Below are positions 29,880 to 31,889 of a stretch of 31,889 nucleotides of DNA, piece by piece. The DNA lies in the NCBI GenBank assembly GCA_030526885.1, contig JAUNBV010000003.1, positions 1-31,889 of the forward strand. Direction: 5' to 3'. Each line of letters starts with the position of its first letter. Within the stretch, counting starts at the first letter, position 1. The position numbers and the translations under genes were made by a program. This DNA is from Syntrophomonadaceae bacterium. Its GTDB lineage: Bacteria; Bacillota; Syntrophomonadia; Syntrophomonadales; Syntrophomonadaceae. Below the pieces are notes generated by a model. That model saw only the letters and a list, made by a program, of their open reading frames with translations. It did no database searches and had not been told where the DNA came from.

Positions 29880-31889
<2,010 letters not shown>

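Overview
Chromosomal window from an anaerobic Firmicute (clostridial lineage). The IlvC cofactor loop and the long acyl-CoA dehydrogenase suggest a Syntrophomonadaceae-like fatty-acid oxidiser (inference). About 12 kb on the minus strand is a T-box-controlled branched-chain amino acid operon (ilvD-ilvB-ilvN-ilvC-leuA-leuC-leuD-leuB-cimA). The right end holds the distal F1 ATP synthase genes (partial atpH, atpA, atpG, atpD, atpC) and murA. Between these core blocks is an accessory stretch: a 665-aa multidomain hypothetical behind a motif-degenerate dUTPase homologue, a queuosine-precursor transporter with an atypical preQ1-I-like riboswitch, three unannotated small membrane proteins, an acyl-CoA dehydrogenase, DUF805, and a separately promoted operon of PLP decarboxylase, TPR protein and O-antigen-ligase-like protein. 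Three decayed genes are visible: DUF3102, spoIID with one in-frame TAA, and a papain-like protease/FN3 relic. I found no rRNA, tRNA, CRISPR array or intact mobile element. All family calls are from motif recognition by eye; no database searches were run.
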